Source of the DNA: a virus
Length of the DNA stretch: 64,000 bases
Strand: one strand, 5' to 3'
Virus record (IMG/VR): IMGVR_UViG_3300028837_002886
Location: 66,932 to 130,931 of that record
Shown: in pieces, positions 50,887 to 61,101 of the stretch
Numbering within the stretch: the stretch's first letter is position 1
How the letters are laid out: every line of letters begins with the position of its first letter
Position numbers and translations under genes: made by a program
The notes under the pieces: generated by a model
Told to the model about the DNA's origin: nothing
Databases searched by the model: none
What the model saw: the letters and a program-made list of their open reading frames with translations, nothing else

Positions 50887-51744
50887 TCACTCGTGTAACA
50901 GTATTTTAGCTTTGTCTTTCTTTCTTTTTGCTCTATGTAGCTCTATTTCGCGCTTGATTTTCTCACGCCAATTCGGTATAAACTCATCACACAACGCGTC
51001 GACTATTTCCTGTCTTTTGTTTCTGAGCAAATCCAGACAATCACGACAGGCCACGGTACTCTGTGACGAAAAATCGCGATTTTCGTGGTGTTGCTGGAAA
51101 GACTCAAAGACGCTTTGGATTATGTCATCCACGAAGTTTTGTTTATCTTTTTTTCCCAAAAAGCTTTCTGTGGCGGCTTCCAATTGGTCTATATAATCAG
51201 GACTTAATCTGTCTCCGCAAAAATCACAGTAGTATCTAATCATTCCCGGGCCTCAGCAATAATTTCGCATAATATTTTTTATACTTCTCTTTAGTGACTT
51301 TCCGGTAACCGCGGCCATTGAGCGTCTTTTTTAGATATATATCATGCACATCTCTCGCGAAAGTGCTATGTTTATCAACGCCTTGAACAAACCACCATGC
51401 GGCTTCCTGGGCCGAATCTGAACATTCCCAGTAATCTGTTATGTTAACAAGTGTGTCTTTGTGGATCCAAATAGAATCCAGTTGTATGTTATTCACCGCC
51501 GCTACCAATCCAACACCAGCTTGATTTTAGCCAGTTCTTTTTTCTCCGGTTTTTTACATTTTACTAGTATCCGTTTCATGCTCCAGGGAGAAATACCGTT
51601 TATCGTGCGAGATCGATAGGGATACCTTGAGTTGGTTAGATTATTTCTGCACGCTACATATACATTCCAAAGATCTAAATCGTCGGATTCTATTTTCAAG
51701 ACCGCCCCTCCGTCAACGAATATGTCTCCATCGATCAGTTTCAT
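50887..51744 (-). CDS. Three small proteins ending in motif A (50887..51243, 51236..51508, 51502..51744)
   Basis: KAKILLHE, YAKLLLRPG, LAKIKLVL. Confidence 0.65.
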
Positions 51745-53849
51745 ATCTCAGGCACCATTATTTTGTTTATAATGAGATCACCATCCCGCATCTTGCCCAT
51801 TTTGAAAACCAAAACTTTATTTTTGATCAGGTTACGAGCACTTTCGTTAAATTGATGCGCAAACAACGGATAACGCCTTACTCCGTTCTCATCCCTAATC
51901 GATACAAAAGCCATCATGTTGCCGTTTCTATCGCGCTTTCTTGTTACATCAGTTATAATGCCGATCAAAGCCCTACTATCAAGCATGCTTTTCAGCTGTG
52001 CTATCTCATCGGCCTTTTCTTCATACAGTATCATTGATATATCCAATGTCAATAAGTCCTGTAATAACTCCAGCTTTTCCTGCTTGTTCCAATCTGTTCC
52101 TTCCCTGGTCTTGATGAACTGTTCAAATGGAACTTTTGCGCCCTTCTTGCGCCACTCATCATAGTTAGTATACAGCGTCCTGCGATTGCCGTAAAGCTTA
52201 TCAAAAGCGCCCGCTTGTATCAAGCTGTCAAGAACCCTCTTGTTTACTTTCGTGCCGGTTTTGTGCTCCTTCAATTTGGTGAAAAAGTCAGTAATACTCT
52301 CATGAGGCGCGTGCTCGGAAATCCATTTAGCGGGAACCACGCCGCAGTTCTTGACATGGCTCAATCCATAAATGACGGTCTTGTCGTCTATAATGCTAAA
52401 GTGCGTTTTACTTTTGTTTACGTCCGGATATAATACTTCTATACCAAGCTGCTTACATTCAGCAGTCAGCCTATCCACAGGGGTTTTGTCAGAGTTCAAC
52501 GAGGCGCACATAAACTCAACAGGATAATGGACCTTGAGCCACGCGGTGTAATACGCAATGGTCGCATACGATAAAGAGTGGCTGCGGTTGAACTGGTAAC
52601 CGGTCTGTTTGATAAGATATTCCCACAGCAGCCTCGTCTCTTTCTGATTTCTGTTTTTCTTTTGACAGCCCTCGAAGAACTCCTGCTCCCACTTCTTTTT
52701 ACCCTTGGTGTCATTCTTGAACTTGGAGTGCCATTTTTCCATATAGCGCCTGAGTGAGTCCGCGCGGCCCAAACTAATTCCGGATGCCATGTGCGCAATG
52801 TTGATGGTTTGTTCCTGGAACACCAATAGACCCAAAGTAGGTTTTAATACCTCTTCTAGAACAGGATGCGCATACTTGATCTCCTCTTCGCCGTGTCTGC
52901 GTTTGATGTAGTTGTTTATAATAGGAATAGAACCTGGCCTGAATAAAGCATTCATGATTACAATATCCTCAAATATTTTAGGTTTCAGCTTTTGTAAATA
53001 ACCTTTCATCGATGGACTTTCAAACTGAAACACAGAGGTGGTCAGGCCTTTGCCAAATAATTTATAAACATCTGGAACCTCGAAGTTTATATTATGTATG
53101 TCTATTTCTTTTCCATGCCTCTCCTTTATAAAGTCCAGCGTATCATGAATAATTTTGAGAGTAGACAGTCCGAGTATGTCAAGCTTCAACAGTTTCATTT
53201 CTGCTATTGACTCACCATCAAACTCAGTCAAAAGCATGTCATCATCCCTGTTGTACTGACATGGAATATATTTTTGGACAGCCTTGTCCGCTATGATGAT
53301 GGCGGCTGCGTGTTTGCCATAGTTACGCATCTGTCCTAACAGTTTCTCAGCAAACTTGAAGATTTCAGGATACTGGTGATAAGCGCTGCTTTCGTTCCAG
53401 TTAGTTTCGTCTATGTTCTTGGATATAGCAATAGCTTTCTGGGCGGGTATACCATGTATTCTCGCGGAATCCTGAAAAGCTGACTTGATGGAATAAGTAA
53501 TGACGTTACACACCTGAGCGACGTTCGTCTGACCAAATCTTCGCTTGATGTAATCAATGACATCACCTCTGCGGGCATCTTCAAAATCAATGTCTATATC
53601 AGGAGCTTTGCCAGATATCGTCAATTTTTCAGGTTCGTCATTTATGGGATCATGATGAATGTATCCCAACAAATACCAAATCAGGATATTGGGATGCGGG
53701 TCGGTTCCGTTATCAACATCTTTCAAAAGGTTGGTGTGAGTTATGATCTCATATTTCTTGAACTCTTTTAGTTCATAATCCAATCGCTGGCGATGCTTCT
53801 CGTCGTTTATGCCTTTTTCTTTCAACAGGCGGTATAGTTTTTCTTTCAT
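51741..53849 (-). CDS. dnaE: DNA polymerase III alpha (DnaE), C-terminal part: catalytic palm, fingers, HhH, OB
   Basis: PDIDIDF, GKHAAAII, KLDILGLSTL, VFQFES, FQEQ, YQFNRSH, MAFVSIRD. Confidence 0.92.
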   Translation of the reverse strand: MKEKLYRLLKEKGINDEKHRQRLDYELKEFKKYEIITHTNLLKDVDNGTDPHPNILIWYLLGYIHHDPINDEPEKLTISGKAPDIDIDFEDARRGDVIDYIKRRFGQTNVAQVCNVITYSIKSAFQDSARIHGIPAQKAIAISKNIDETNWNESSAYHQYPEIFKFAEKLLGQMRNYGKHAAAIIIADKAVQKYIPCQYNRDDDMLLTEFDGESIAEMKLLKLDILGLSTLKIIHDTLDFIKERHGKEIDIHNINFEVPDVYKLFGKGLTTSVFQFESPSMKGYLQKLKPKIFEDIVIMNALFRPGSIPIINNYIKRRHGEEEIKYAHPVLEEVLKPTLGLLVFQEQTINIAHMASGISLGRADSLRRYMEKWHSKFKNDTKGKKKWEQEFFEGCQKKNRNQKETRLLWEYLIKQTGYQFNRSHSLSYATIAYYTAWLKVHYPVEFMCASLNSDKTPVDRLTAECKQLGIEVLYPDVNKSKTHFSIIDDKTVIYGLSHVKNCGVVPAKWISEHAPHESITDFFTKLKEHKTGTKVNKRVLDSLIQAGAFDKLYGNRRTLYTNYDEWRKKGAKVPFEQFIKTREGTDWNKQEKLELLQDLLTLDISMILYEEKADEIAQLKSMLDSRALIGIITDVTRKRDRNGNMMAFVSIRDENGVRRYPLFAHQFNESARNLIKNKVLVFKMGKMRDGDLIINKIMVPEI

Positions 53850-53864
53850 ATTGTTATGTATGTC

Positions 53865-55871
53865 TTATGATTTAGTAACGTCATGTAATACCTTTGCGAG
53901 AGTCTCGAGCGTAAACGGTTTCTGTATAACATCCTTGAAACCATAATCTTTGTAGTTGCTCATAGCATTGGATGTAGAATAGCCGCTTGAAACAATAGCC
54001 TTGACCTGCTTGTCTATTTCCAGGAGCCTCTTTATGGTCTCAATACCATCCATACCCCCAGGCATAGTAAGATCTATAACAACGGCATCAAAGTGCTTAT
54101 CTATCATGGAACCCTTGTAGGTCTCTAATGCCGCCTCACCGCACGACACCACGGTAACAGTGTAGCCCAAGTCTTCTATTAGATCCTTGGCTATCTCTCT
54201 AACCGGCGCCTGATCATCTACAAAGAGCACGTTGCCTCGGCCATTTAGGTGTGCATCCAAATCTTCTTCTTTTATTTCTTCTAAAGTCGTGGGTAAATAC
54301 AAAAAGAATGTGGAGCCTTTGCCTAACTCGGAATCAACCCACACGCAGCCTTCGTGATTTTTGATAACAGAATAGGCGGTGGCCAATCCAAGCCCGCTTC
54401 CTGCGTGTTTAGTTGTGAAATAGGGATCAAATATTTTGTTGAGGTGTTCCTTTGGTATGCCTATGCCTTTGTCAGCAATCGTAACTTCCAAATATGCACC
54501 CGGCTTTAGATGAGCATCGCAAGGTACGCCCATGGGCGCCTTCACCTCTCTCGCCGCTAATTTTATGACGCCGCCTGTGGGCATGGATTGCATAGCGTTT
54601 ATCAATATGTTTTGTATAACCTGAGATATTTGACCAGGATCAATGTGAGCGTTAGGTATGTCTTCTGGTATGTTGTATTCTATTTTAGAGTTACAACCAC
54701 TAGTGGTAAAAGTGGTTGTCTCCATTATAATTTCCTTTATGGATACTGTTCGACGAACTGGCAGACCTCCACTGGAGAATGTCAACAACTGCTGCGTCAG
54801 ACTTTTAGCGCGCTTGCAGGCCTTTAGTGCCTGTACAAGTCTGTTTATTACTTCATTTTCCAGTTTTAGATCTGGCTCGTCGAGAACCTGGTCAGATTTT
54901 ACATGTCTGCGGCTATGCATCAAAGCCAGTTCGACATTGCCACTGATAGCCGTCAGTATGTTATTGAAATCATGGGCAATACCACCGGCCATTACGCCAA
55001 CTGCTTCCAGTTTTTGGGATTTAGATAACTCCAACTCGGTCTTTCTCTGGAGTGTAATATCTCTAAACACCGCGACAGCACCGACAATATCGCCTTCTTT
55101 ATTTTTGATTGGCGCTGCTGTATTATCGATAAGCCGGCTTTTGCCTCGTTTAGATATAAGAACTACATCTTTTTTAAGTTCAATAATCTTACCTGTCTCT
55201 AGAGCCTTTTGTAACGGGTTAGGGGCCATTGCGTTGGTCTTTTCATCAAACAAATGAATGATGGCATCAAAAGGCTTTCCTATCACTTCCTTCTGTTTCC
55301 AACCAAGTATGTGTTCCGCCATGCGGTTTAGTATAGTTATTTCGCCTTTGGCACCTACAGCGACAACACCATCGCTGATGCTCTTCAATGCAATATTTAA
55401 TCGTTCGGTTTCTTCGGCCAAGGCTCGCTGCGCCTTTACCCTTTCGGTAATGTTGCGATGCTGCACTATAGCATTGACAACTTTGTTCTTAATTATAATA
55501 GGCGTGATAGTTACATCTAACGCGAGGGCGCTGTGCATCGTAAGGTGTGCGTGTTTTATCTCTGCAGGAGTATAATCTAACATAAAATGCACAGGTTGTT
55601 TTTCATAGAAAACCTTATCTATGAGAGGAATCAAATTCTCTTTGTGAAACTCTTCATCCTTGAATAGATTATATACTCCAACTACTTGTTCATCCGTGAT
55701 ATCAAACAGATCGCGGTTGACCTGGTTCTGCATAATCATTGTGCCCTTTTCGTCCGACAACCACATACTGTTTGGGCTGTTTTGTATGATTTTGCCGCAG
55801 AACTTATTTATATCTTCTTTTGTGATTTTGTTATTAGTATTTAGTAACAGGTCGTTTTTTCTTTTTCTCAT
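53865..55871 (-). CDS. Hybrid sensor histidine kinase (PAS-PAS-HisKA-HATPase-REC)
   Basis: AGGIAHDFNNIL, NILINA, DKGIGI, FTTK..GSGLGLA; REC FVDD...IDLTMP...KPF. Confidence 0.95.
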   Translation of the reverse strand: MRKRKNDLLLNTNNKITKEDINKFCGKIIQNSPNSMWLSDEKGTMIMQNQVNRDLFDITDEQVVGVYNLFKDEEFHKENLIPLIDKVFYEKQPVHFMLDYTPAEIKHAHLTMHSALALDVTITPIIIKNKVVNAIVQHRNITERVKAQRALAEETERLNIALKSISDGVVAVGAKGEITILNRMAEHILGWKQKEVIGKPFDAIIHLFDEKTNAMAPNPLQKALETGKIIELKKDVVLISKRGKSRLIDNTAAPIKNKEGDIVGAVAVFRDITLQRKTELELSKSQKLEAVGVMAGGIAHDFNNILTAISGNVELALMHSRRHVKSDQVLDEPDLKLENEVINRLVQALKACKRAKSLTQQLLTFSSGGLPVRRTVSIKEIIMETTTFTTSGCNSKIEYNIPEDIPNAHIDPGQISQVIQNILINAMQSMPTGGVIKLAAREVKAPMGVPCDAHLKPGAYLEVTIADKGIGIPKEHLNKIFDPYFTTKHAGSGLGLATAYSVIKNHEGCVWVDSELGKGSTFFLYLPTTLEEIKEEDLDAHLNGRGNVLFVDDQAPVREIAKDLIEDLGYTVTVVSCGEAALETYKGSMIDKHFDAVVIDLTMPGGMDGIETIKRLLEIDKQVKAIVSSGYSTSNAMSNYKDYGFKDVIQKPFTLETLAKVLHDVTKS

Positions 55872-56365
55872 GATATTTCAGAACACGGCACACCATTCTC
55901 CATTAGAAATGTTGAGCCGCTTATATCTCTGTCATACGGCTTGTTGAAATATACTTCTTTCACCCCAGCTTGTAATATTAGTTTTGAGCATGGCATGCAT
56001 GGGGAATAAGAAATATACAGAACAGAACCTTGAGTTCGCACGCCGTTTTTGGCGGCATATATTAGAGCGTTTGCTTCGGCATGAAGCTCGTTCCGTTCGG
56101 AAAATATTCTATGTTCTTCTCTGAACAATTCGGAGTTTAGATAATCTTCGAAGGATTTGAATTCATCATAATAATTTAATTTGTAAACTAGCTTAAAATG
56201 TTCTTCGCAATGCTTCTGACCTTCAGGAACACCATTGTATCCCATGGATATTATACGGTTATCCCTAACCAAAAGACCACCGACTTTAATACGGGCACAT
56301 GTGCTTCGACTTGCTACAATCTCGGTAATCTCTGAAAATACCTTTTTCCAATCCGGTCTGCTCAT
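55868..56365 (-). CDS. dCMP deaminase
   Basis: RSTC, GYNG, HAEANA, PCMPC. Confidence 0.92.
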   Translation of the reverse strand: MSRPDWKKVFSEITEIVASRSTCARIKVGGLLVRDNRIISMGYNGVPEGQKHCEEHFKLVYKLNYYDEFKSFEDYLNSELFREEHRIFSERNELHAEANALIYAAKNGVRTQGSVLYISYSPCMPCSKLILQAGVKEVYFNKPYDRDISGSTFLMENGVPCSEIS

Positions 56366-56479
56366 GTTATTTTCCTTTGCTTTTGGTGATTTCGACTTTA
56401 AACTTCCGACAGTATACAACCGTAAACTCAGACAGTTGTCCACATTCTTTTTTATGCCGGCATTGCCTACACTTTTTTG

Positions 56480-58305
56480 CTAACAGCTCATTTGGCGTTT
56501 CAGTTCGCTTTTTGCCCATCTGATAAATCCTCCGAAATCAACATCATGGTCGTGTGGAAAATGCGTATCCTCAGAATGCTCAGCCCAATCTATAGCACAT
56601 TTTAAATCGTAATCACCATAATGAATGTCTTTTTTCAAACCCCAATTTTCACCATTACAGTAATCTCTATAAGCCATTAACATGACTCTACAAATCGCCA
56701 TTTTCTGCTTCCTACACTATAACTCTTTACATTAGATATTGAATTACTCCGTCGACTTGAAATGCGCAGGAATTAATATACGGACTGAGATAAACTGGAG
56801 CTTTATTAAAGTTACCTACCTGGTGTACGCCAATACTTGACGCAACTTTAATTGGCTCGAATTCATCGAACTCCACCATAGCCTTATAGCCCTCTAAACT
56901 AAGAATGATCCAATTCATTTTTAAAAACACCTTCGAAAGAGAATCTCCTATTACATTTCTTACAGAGACAAGAAATCGTGAGTCTATTCTGATCTACTCC
57001 TGTAAAATATGCAACTAAAGTTGTCTCCTCAGACTGTTCTATATCTTTACCATCACAATCTACATAAGCACACTCTTCTATTCTGATCATTTACTTTCCG
57101 CCTTCTATTCAGGTTCGATTACGACTTGTTCCTCGTGCTTAAACTCAAAAGCAAAGCCACACGTTACGCATTCTGCCCTGTAACCGGCCGTGAAACAGCC
57201 ATCATCGGCCAGATAGAACTCATAATCCTCACGCAATGATTCATCAAGCTTTATCGGCTCTCTTGATTCCAACAACAAGGCTTCATATGCCTCTGGTGTC
57301 AATTTTCCATAGCCAGCTCTTGCTTTTTTTGAAAGATCCTCTGCTTTACTTTCTGCCATCTTAAGACACCTTGGGCATGTTGTCCAATTATCTGCACTCA
57401 TTTTTCCTCCTTTAGTTTACGTATACAACGGCGCAACCCATAAAACTCGAGTTTACATTCGCAGCAATAAAACAGGCATTTTCCTTTGCCCCATTCAACC
57501 GCGGTTACTGTGTGTCCTTGGTGCTCGCTGTATCGCGCTATATATTTATATTTCATCTTTTGTTTGTCATGTCAATCCCCAAGGCCATAAACACACCACC
57601 AAAAAAGCATCCACCTATAGACAACCAGAGGGCCAGCATCGAGTGGCCCGTTTCTATAAGAGTTGGATCTTTGAGAAAAACCCATAATGATATAAATCCA
57701 GACCCGCCAAACACGCCACACAGTAGGCAAAGTGGCATAAATATCATTGCCCAATTAATCTTTTCCATCTCACCTTTCCTTTAGTTCACTAAAAGAAATG
57801 TGCTTTTCTTTTAATGCTTCGAGCCTTATTAAAGCTCTATCTGCCGATTTATTATTGCCTGTCCTGTAAGCTGTGCATAAATCCTTATAGATGCTAACTT
57901 CTTTTTCGAGTCTTTGGATGCAAATGTGGTGTTCTTCTCTCTCTGATAACCACAATCCTTCTTCAGCGGTCCGTAATTCATCGTTCTCCAACTGAAGCTT
58001 TTGAATACAAGCTTCTGCCTGCTGCAACGCTCCTTCAAGCGCTTGTGCATCTACGCCCGATAAGGGTTTCCGTTGTTTACATGCCGCTCGTATTGTCAAT
58101 TTGTTCATCTTTTTTTTACCTTCAGAGCTCTTTGGATAACGGGGTCGGGAAATCCTCGCCACGAAGAATCTTCTCCATTGTCTCGACGATGTTTACGCCA
58201 ATGTGAAATAACACCTAGGTGAATAGTGTTTCTTCTTCCTTCTACAACTTTTCCACATTCCGAACATGTCCAAGTATCTCTGCACCTACTTTCTTGCAGT
58301 CCCAC
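56480..58305 (-). CDS. Run of small hypothetical proteins, several Cys-rich
   Basis: ORF track; co-oriented. Confidence 0.5.
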
Positions 58306-58343
58306 CTTATATTTCCTTATCTTTTTTCAAGGTCTGCTCCATC

Positions 58344-58724
58344 TTATATTTTGTGCAATTCTTCCGCGGAAGGATCGTTCTTTTCTGAATAATTTGCAAA
58401 TATTATATATAGCGCGCTTGCCACTGGATGATTCAGGTGATCATCCGCTTCGTAGTATTTATCCACCATATCGATGAGCCAATCAAAAGTTGTGTTCGGG
58501 GGAAAGATGATGTTAGATATCTCATCGGCTTCTTCTCGGGTCACATAGTCATTACCGAAAAAGAGAAAAACGGATATTTGTGCACCGGCTGCGTAACCGG
58601 CCAGATACGTTGTTTTCATTTCGAGATCCCATCGTCTCCAATCTGTGCCATCCTCCATGAATGAATCTGCAAATAATGGACAAGCAATCAGCATTATCAT
58701 CAATACAAAAATAATCTTTTTCAT
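58344..58724 (-). CDS. Secreted helical protein
   Basis: Signal peptide MKKIIFVLMIMLIACPLFA; GTDW...YLAGYAAG. Confidence 0.7.
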   Translation of the reverse strand: MKKIIFVLMIMLIACPLFADSFMEDGTDWRRWDLEMKTTYLAGYAAGAQISVFLFFGNDYVTREEADEISNIIFPPNTTFDWLIDMVDKYYEADDHLNHPVASALYIIFANYSEKNDPSAEELHKI

Positions 58725-58730
58725 AGTGTT

Positions 58731-59951
58731 TTATCCTAAGAATTTTATTGTTTTACCGCCTAATCTTTCTGGATTTAAGAAGCGCTCAAACTGTAACTTG
58801 TGTACAATAGGATCAACATCTGTTATGTTCAGGGCATAGGCTATAAGAGATCCTGCTGCGCTTCCCCTGCCAGGTCCTACATAAATATTTTCAGACTTGG
58901 CCCAGCCAACTATATCTGCCACTACTAAGAAATAAGAAGAAAATCCTGCGCTATAGATGATCTTGAGTTCATAAGCCAATCTCATCATGTAGGTGTCATT
59001 TCGCAAGCATCTCCTATCCAGACCCTCTACGCACTTTTTGCGGAGTATCTCATCAAGGTCGGCGCCCTCGAACTCTGGAATAGGAGGCACGATATAATCA
59101 TGCTGCTTAATATCAAACACCTCTATTTTATCGGCTATCTTTACGGTCGTATCACACCACCCCTCAATGTCCTTTTTATCGTAGCCGGTGTTTATGCCTT
59201 CTCTGATGATTTCTTCTCTTGAGTGCAAATATATATTGTCTTCGTCGAATTGAAGCCCTTTGTCGTCGCCTACTTTACCGCCAGTATTGACCAACAGCAG
59301 TTTGGCGTGATCGTCTTTCTGATCTGCCGTTATATAGTGGGCATCAGCGGTGATAATGGCTGGAACCTTCAACATTTTCCAGAACTTGTATAGTTTTATT
59401 TCTATGGCTTTTAATCTCTCGGTCTGATGTGGTTGAAACTCTATATAAAAGTCATCGCCAAATACATCAAGATACCAATCTAGGTTCCTCTTGGCCGCTT
59501 TTATATCATTGTTTATCAACATGCTTGTTACATCGTTGGCAAGACAGGCGGTTGTGGCTATTATATTTTTACTGTACGCCTTCAAGGTCTCTCTATCTAT
59601 ACGCGGTCTTTTATAAAAACCATAACGATGACCAATATATTGCATCTGCATTATGTTACGATAACCTTCGATGTTTTTCGCCAACAGTACAACATGAAAA
59701 CGTTTTTCTCCCTTTGGTTTGACTTTCAGATCATCAACCATATAGGCCTCAACACCTATCAACGGTTTGATCTTGTATTTCTCGGCAAGGTGCCAGAACT
59801 CATAAACTCCTGACATTGTTCCATGATCGGTTATAGCTAAGGCAGGCTGCCTTAGTTCTTCTGCTACATACTTAAGGCGTGCTTTTTTCGTCCCTAGCCC
59901 ATCGAGTGCACTAGAATCGGTGTGTACGTGAAGATTTACGAAGTTATCCAT
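58731..59951 (-). CDS. dnaE: DNA polymerase III alpha (DnaE), N-terminal part: PHP domain plus start of palm
   Basis: HVHTDSSALDG, AITDHG, GVEAY, TADAHY, GPGRGSAAGSL, FERFLNPER, then stop. Confidence 0.92.
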   Translation of the reverse strand: MDNFVNLHVHTDSSALDGLGTKKARLKYVAEELRQPALAITDHGTMSGVYEFWHLAEKYKIKPLIGVEAYMVDDLKVKPKGEKRFHVVLLAKNIEGYRNIMQMQYIGHRYGFYKRPRIDRETLKAYSKNIIATTACLANDVTSMLINNDIKAAKRNLDWYLDVFGDDFYIEFQPHQTERLKAIEIKLYKFWKMLKVPAIITADAHYITADQKDDHAKLLLVNTGGKVGDDKGLQFDEDNIYLHSREEIIREGINTGYDKKDIEGWCDTTVKIADKIEVFDIKQHDYIVPPIPEFEGADLDEILRKKCVEGLDRRCLRNDTYMMRLAYELKIIYSAGFSSYFLVVADIVGWAKSENIYVGPGRGSAAGSLIAYALNITDVDPIVHKLQFERFLNPERLGGKTIKFLG

Positions 59952-59960
59952 TTAGTATAT

Positions 59961-60368
59961 CTATGTCTTGAGTAAGCTTTTGACACGACATCTTTCGCAC
60001 ATATTGCGCAACCAGCTATGCTTATAATTTTGTACTGCTACTTTTTTAGTCGAACCGCAAATCTCACACGTTTTTGCGCATTGTTTTTGAGCCTCGCTGA
60101 TCAACTCGATTACCTTTACGTACACATCACCGCACTCATGCACATAAACTCTGAGCTCGGCAAACTTTTCTTTTACCTGCACAATCTCAAAATCTTTCGG
60201 AGGACGAAGGCTATCTATTTTAAGAATTAGGTCCAAAATAATATCAAACCAGCCGTCGCCGCAAGCAAAACCCTCTCTGTGACCCATGCGGCTAACCGAT
60301 TGATCTTCTTTGTGTTCGAAAAAATGTGGAAACCGATCGAATATTTTTTTCTCTAATTTGTCAGTCAC
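59961..60368 (-). CDS. Phage hypothetical protein with zinc-binding C-terminus
   Basis: CGDGWFDII, QVKEKFAELRVY, CEICG...CERC. Confidence 0.7.
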   Translation of the reverse strand: MTDKLEKKIFDRFPHFFEHKEDQSVSRMGHREGFACGDGWFDIILDLILKIDSLRPPKDFEIVQVKEKFAELRVYVHECGDVYVKVIELISEAQKQCAKTCEICGSTKKVAVQNYKHSWLRNMCERCRVKSLLKT

Positions 60369-60470
60369 TTTATCTGACCCCTGGATTTTATTAAGATAAG
60401 AATACCAGACCTAACAGTCCCGGTCATAATTATATATGGCCCAAGCGCACATCAAAACAGGAGGAGTTTA

Positions 60471-61088
60471 ATGAGAAGAATACTGTTTTCACTTTTAGCT
60501 TTGTTGTTTTTATTCGGTCTCGGTTCCGGATTGTTCGCTCAGAAAGATGCCTATAGATGGTACGTCCGAACTATTGAGCTTAAAGTTACATTCTGGGAAG
60601 ATGACGAGCAAAAGACGGAATATCGTGAAGAATATCTCTTATATTTTGGCAACGAAAAGACGTTAGAAGTAGAAGCTCAACTCGCAAGATCTAGAATGGG
60701 TTTTGGAGCCATGGTGTTCCATCCTATACCAGAAGTGACAGAAAGCATGAGCTTCCAGGCCCCCGAAAGATGGTACGTGCAACCATACGACCATAGTAAG
60801 CATGATTCTCCTAAATTATATCCATTGTTTGAGGATCGCGTATGGAACAACATGCCGCAGAACATCAAGCTCATCATAATGGCCCTGGATTACAAAGATG
60901 ACGATCTTATTCTTATTCATATGAGAGGCAACACTGGCAGCATTAGTATTTGTTACCACCCTAAGTTTGACGAAGACAAGGAGTTTTATGGGGCAAAATT
61001 GGAGCAGCTTTTGGATTATCTAAACAACCTGGAAGATCCTGAGAAAGAAATACCTAATCCAATTTTACCAATTAAGAACACAATATAA
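60471..61088 (+). CDS. Secreted protein, paralogue of 23388..24029
   Basis: Signal peptide ending GLFA; SD AGGAGG; shared motifs. Confidence 0.8.
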   Translation: MRRILFSLLALLFLFGLGSGLFAQKDAYRWYVRTIELKVTFWEDDEQKTEYREEYLLYFGNEKTLEVEAQLARSRMGFGAMVFHPIPEVTESMSFQAPERWYVQPYDHSKHDSPKLYPLFEDRVWNNMPQNIKLIIMALDYKDDDLILIHMRGNTGSISICYHPKFDEDKEFYGAKLEQLLDYLNNLEDPEKEIPNPILPIKNTI

Positions 61089-61101
61089 AGATAATTTTGT
61101 T

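Noticed and set aside
53850-58730. Group I intron or split intein joining the dnaE halves
   Set aside because: The interval is filled with ordinary co-oriented genes; there are no intein N- or C-terminal motifs, and the C-part has its own start.
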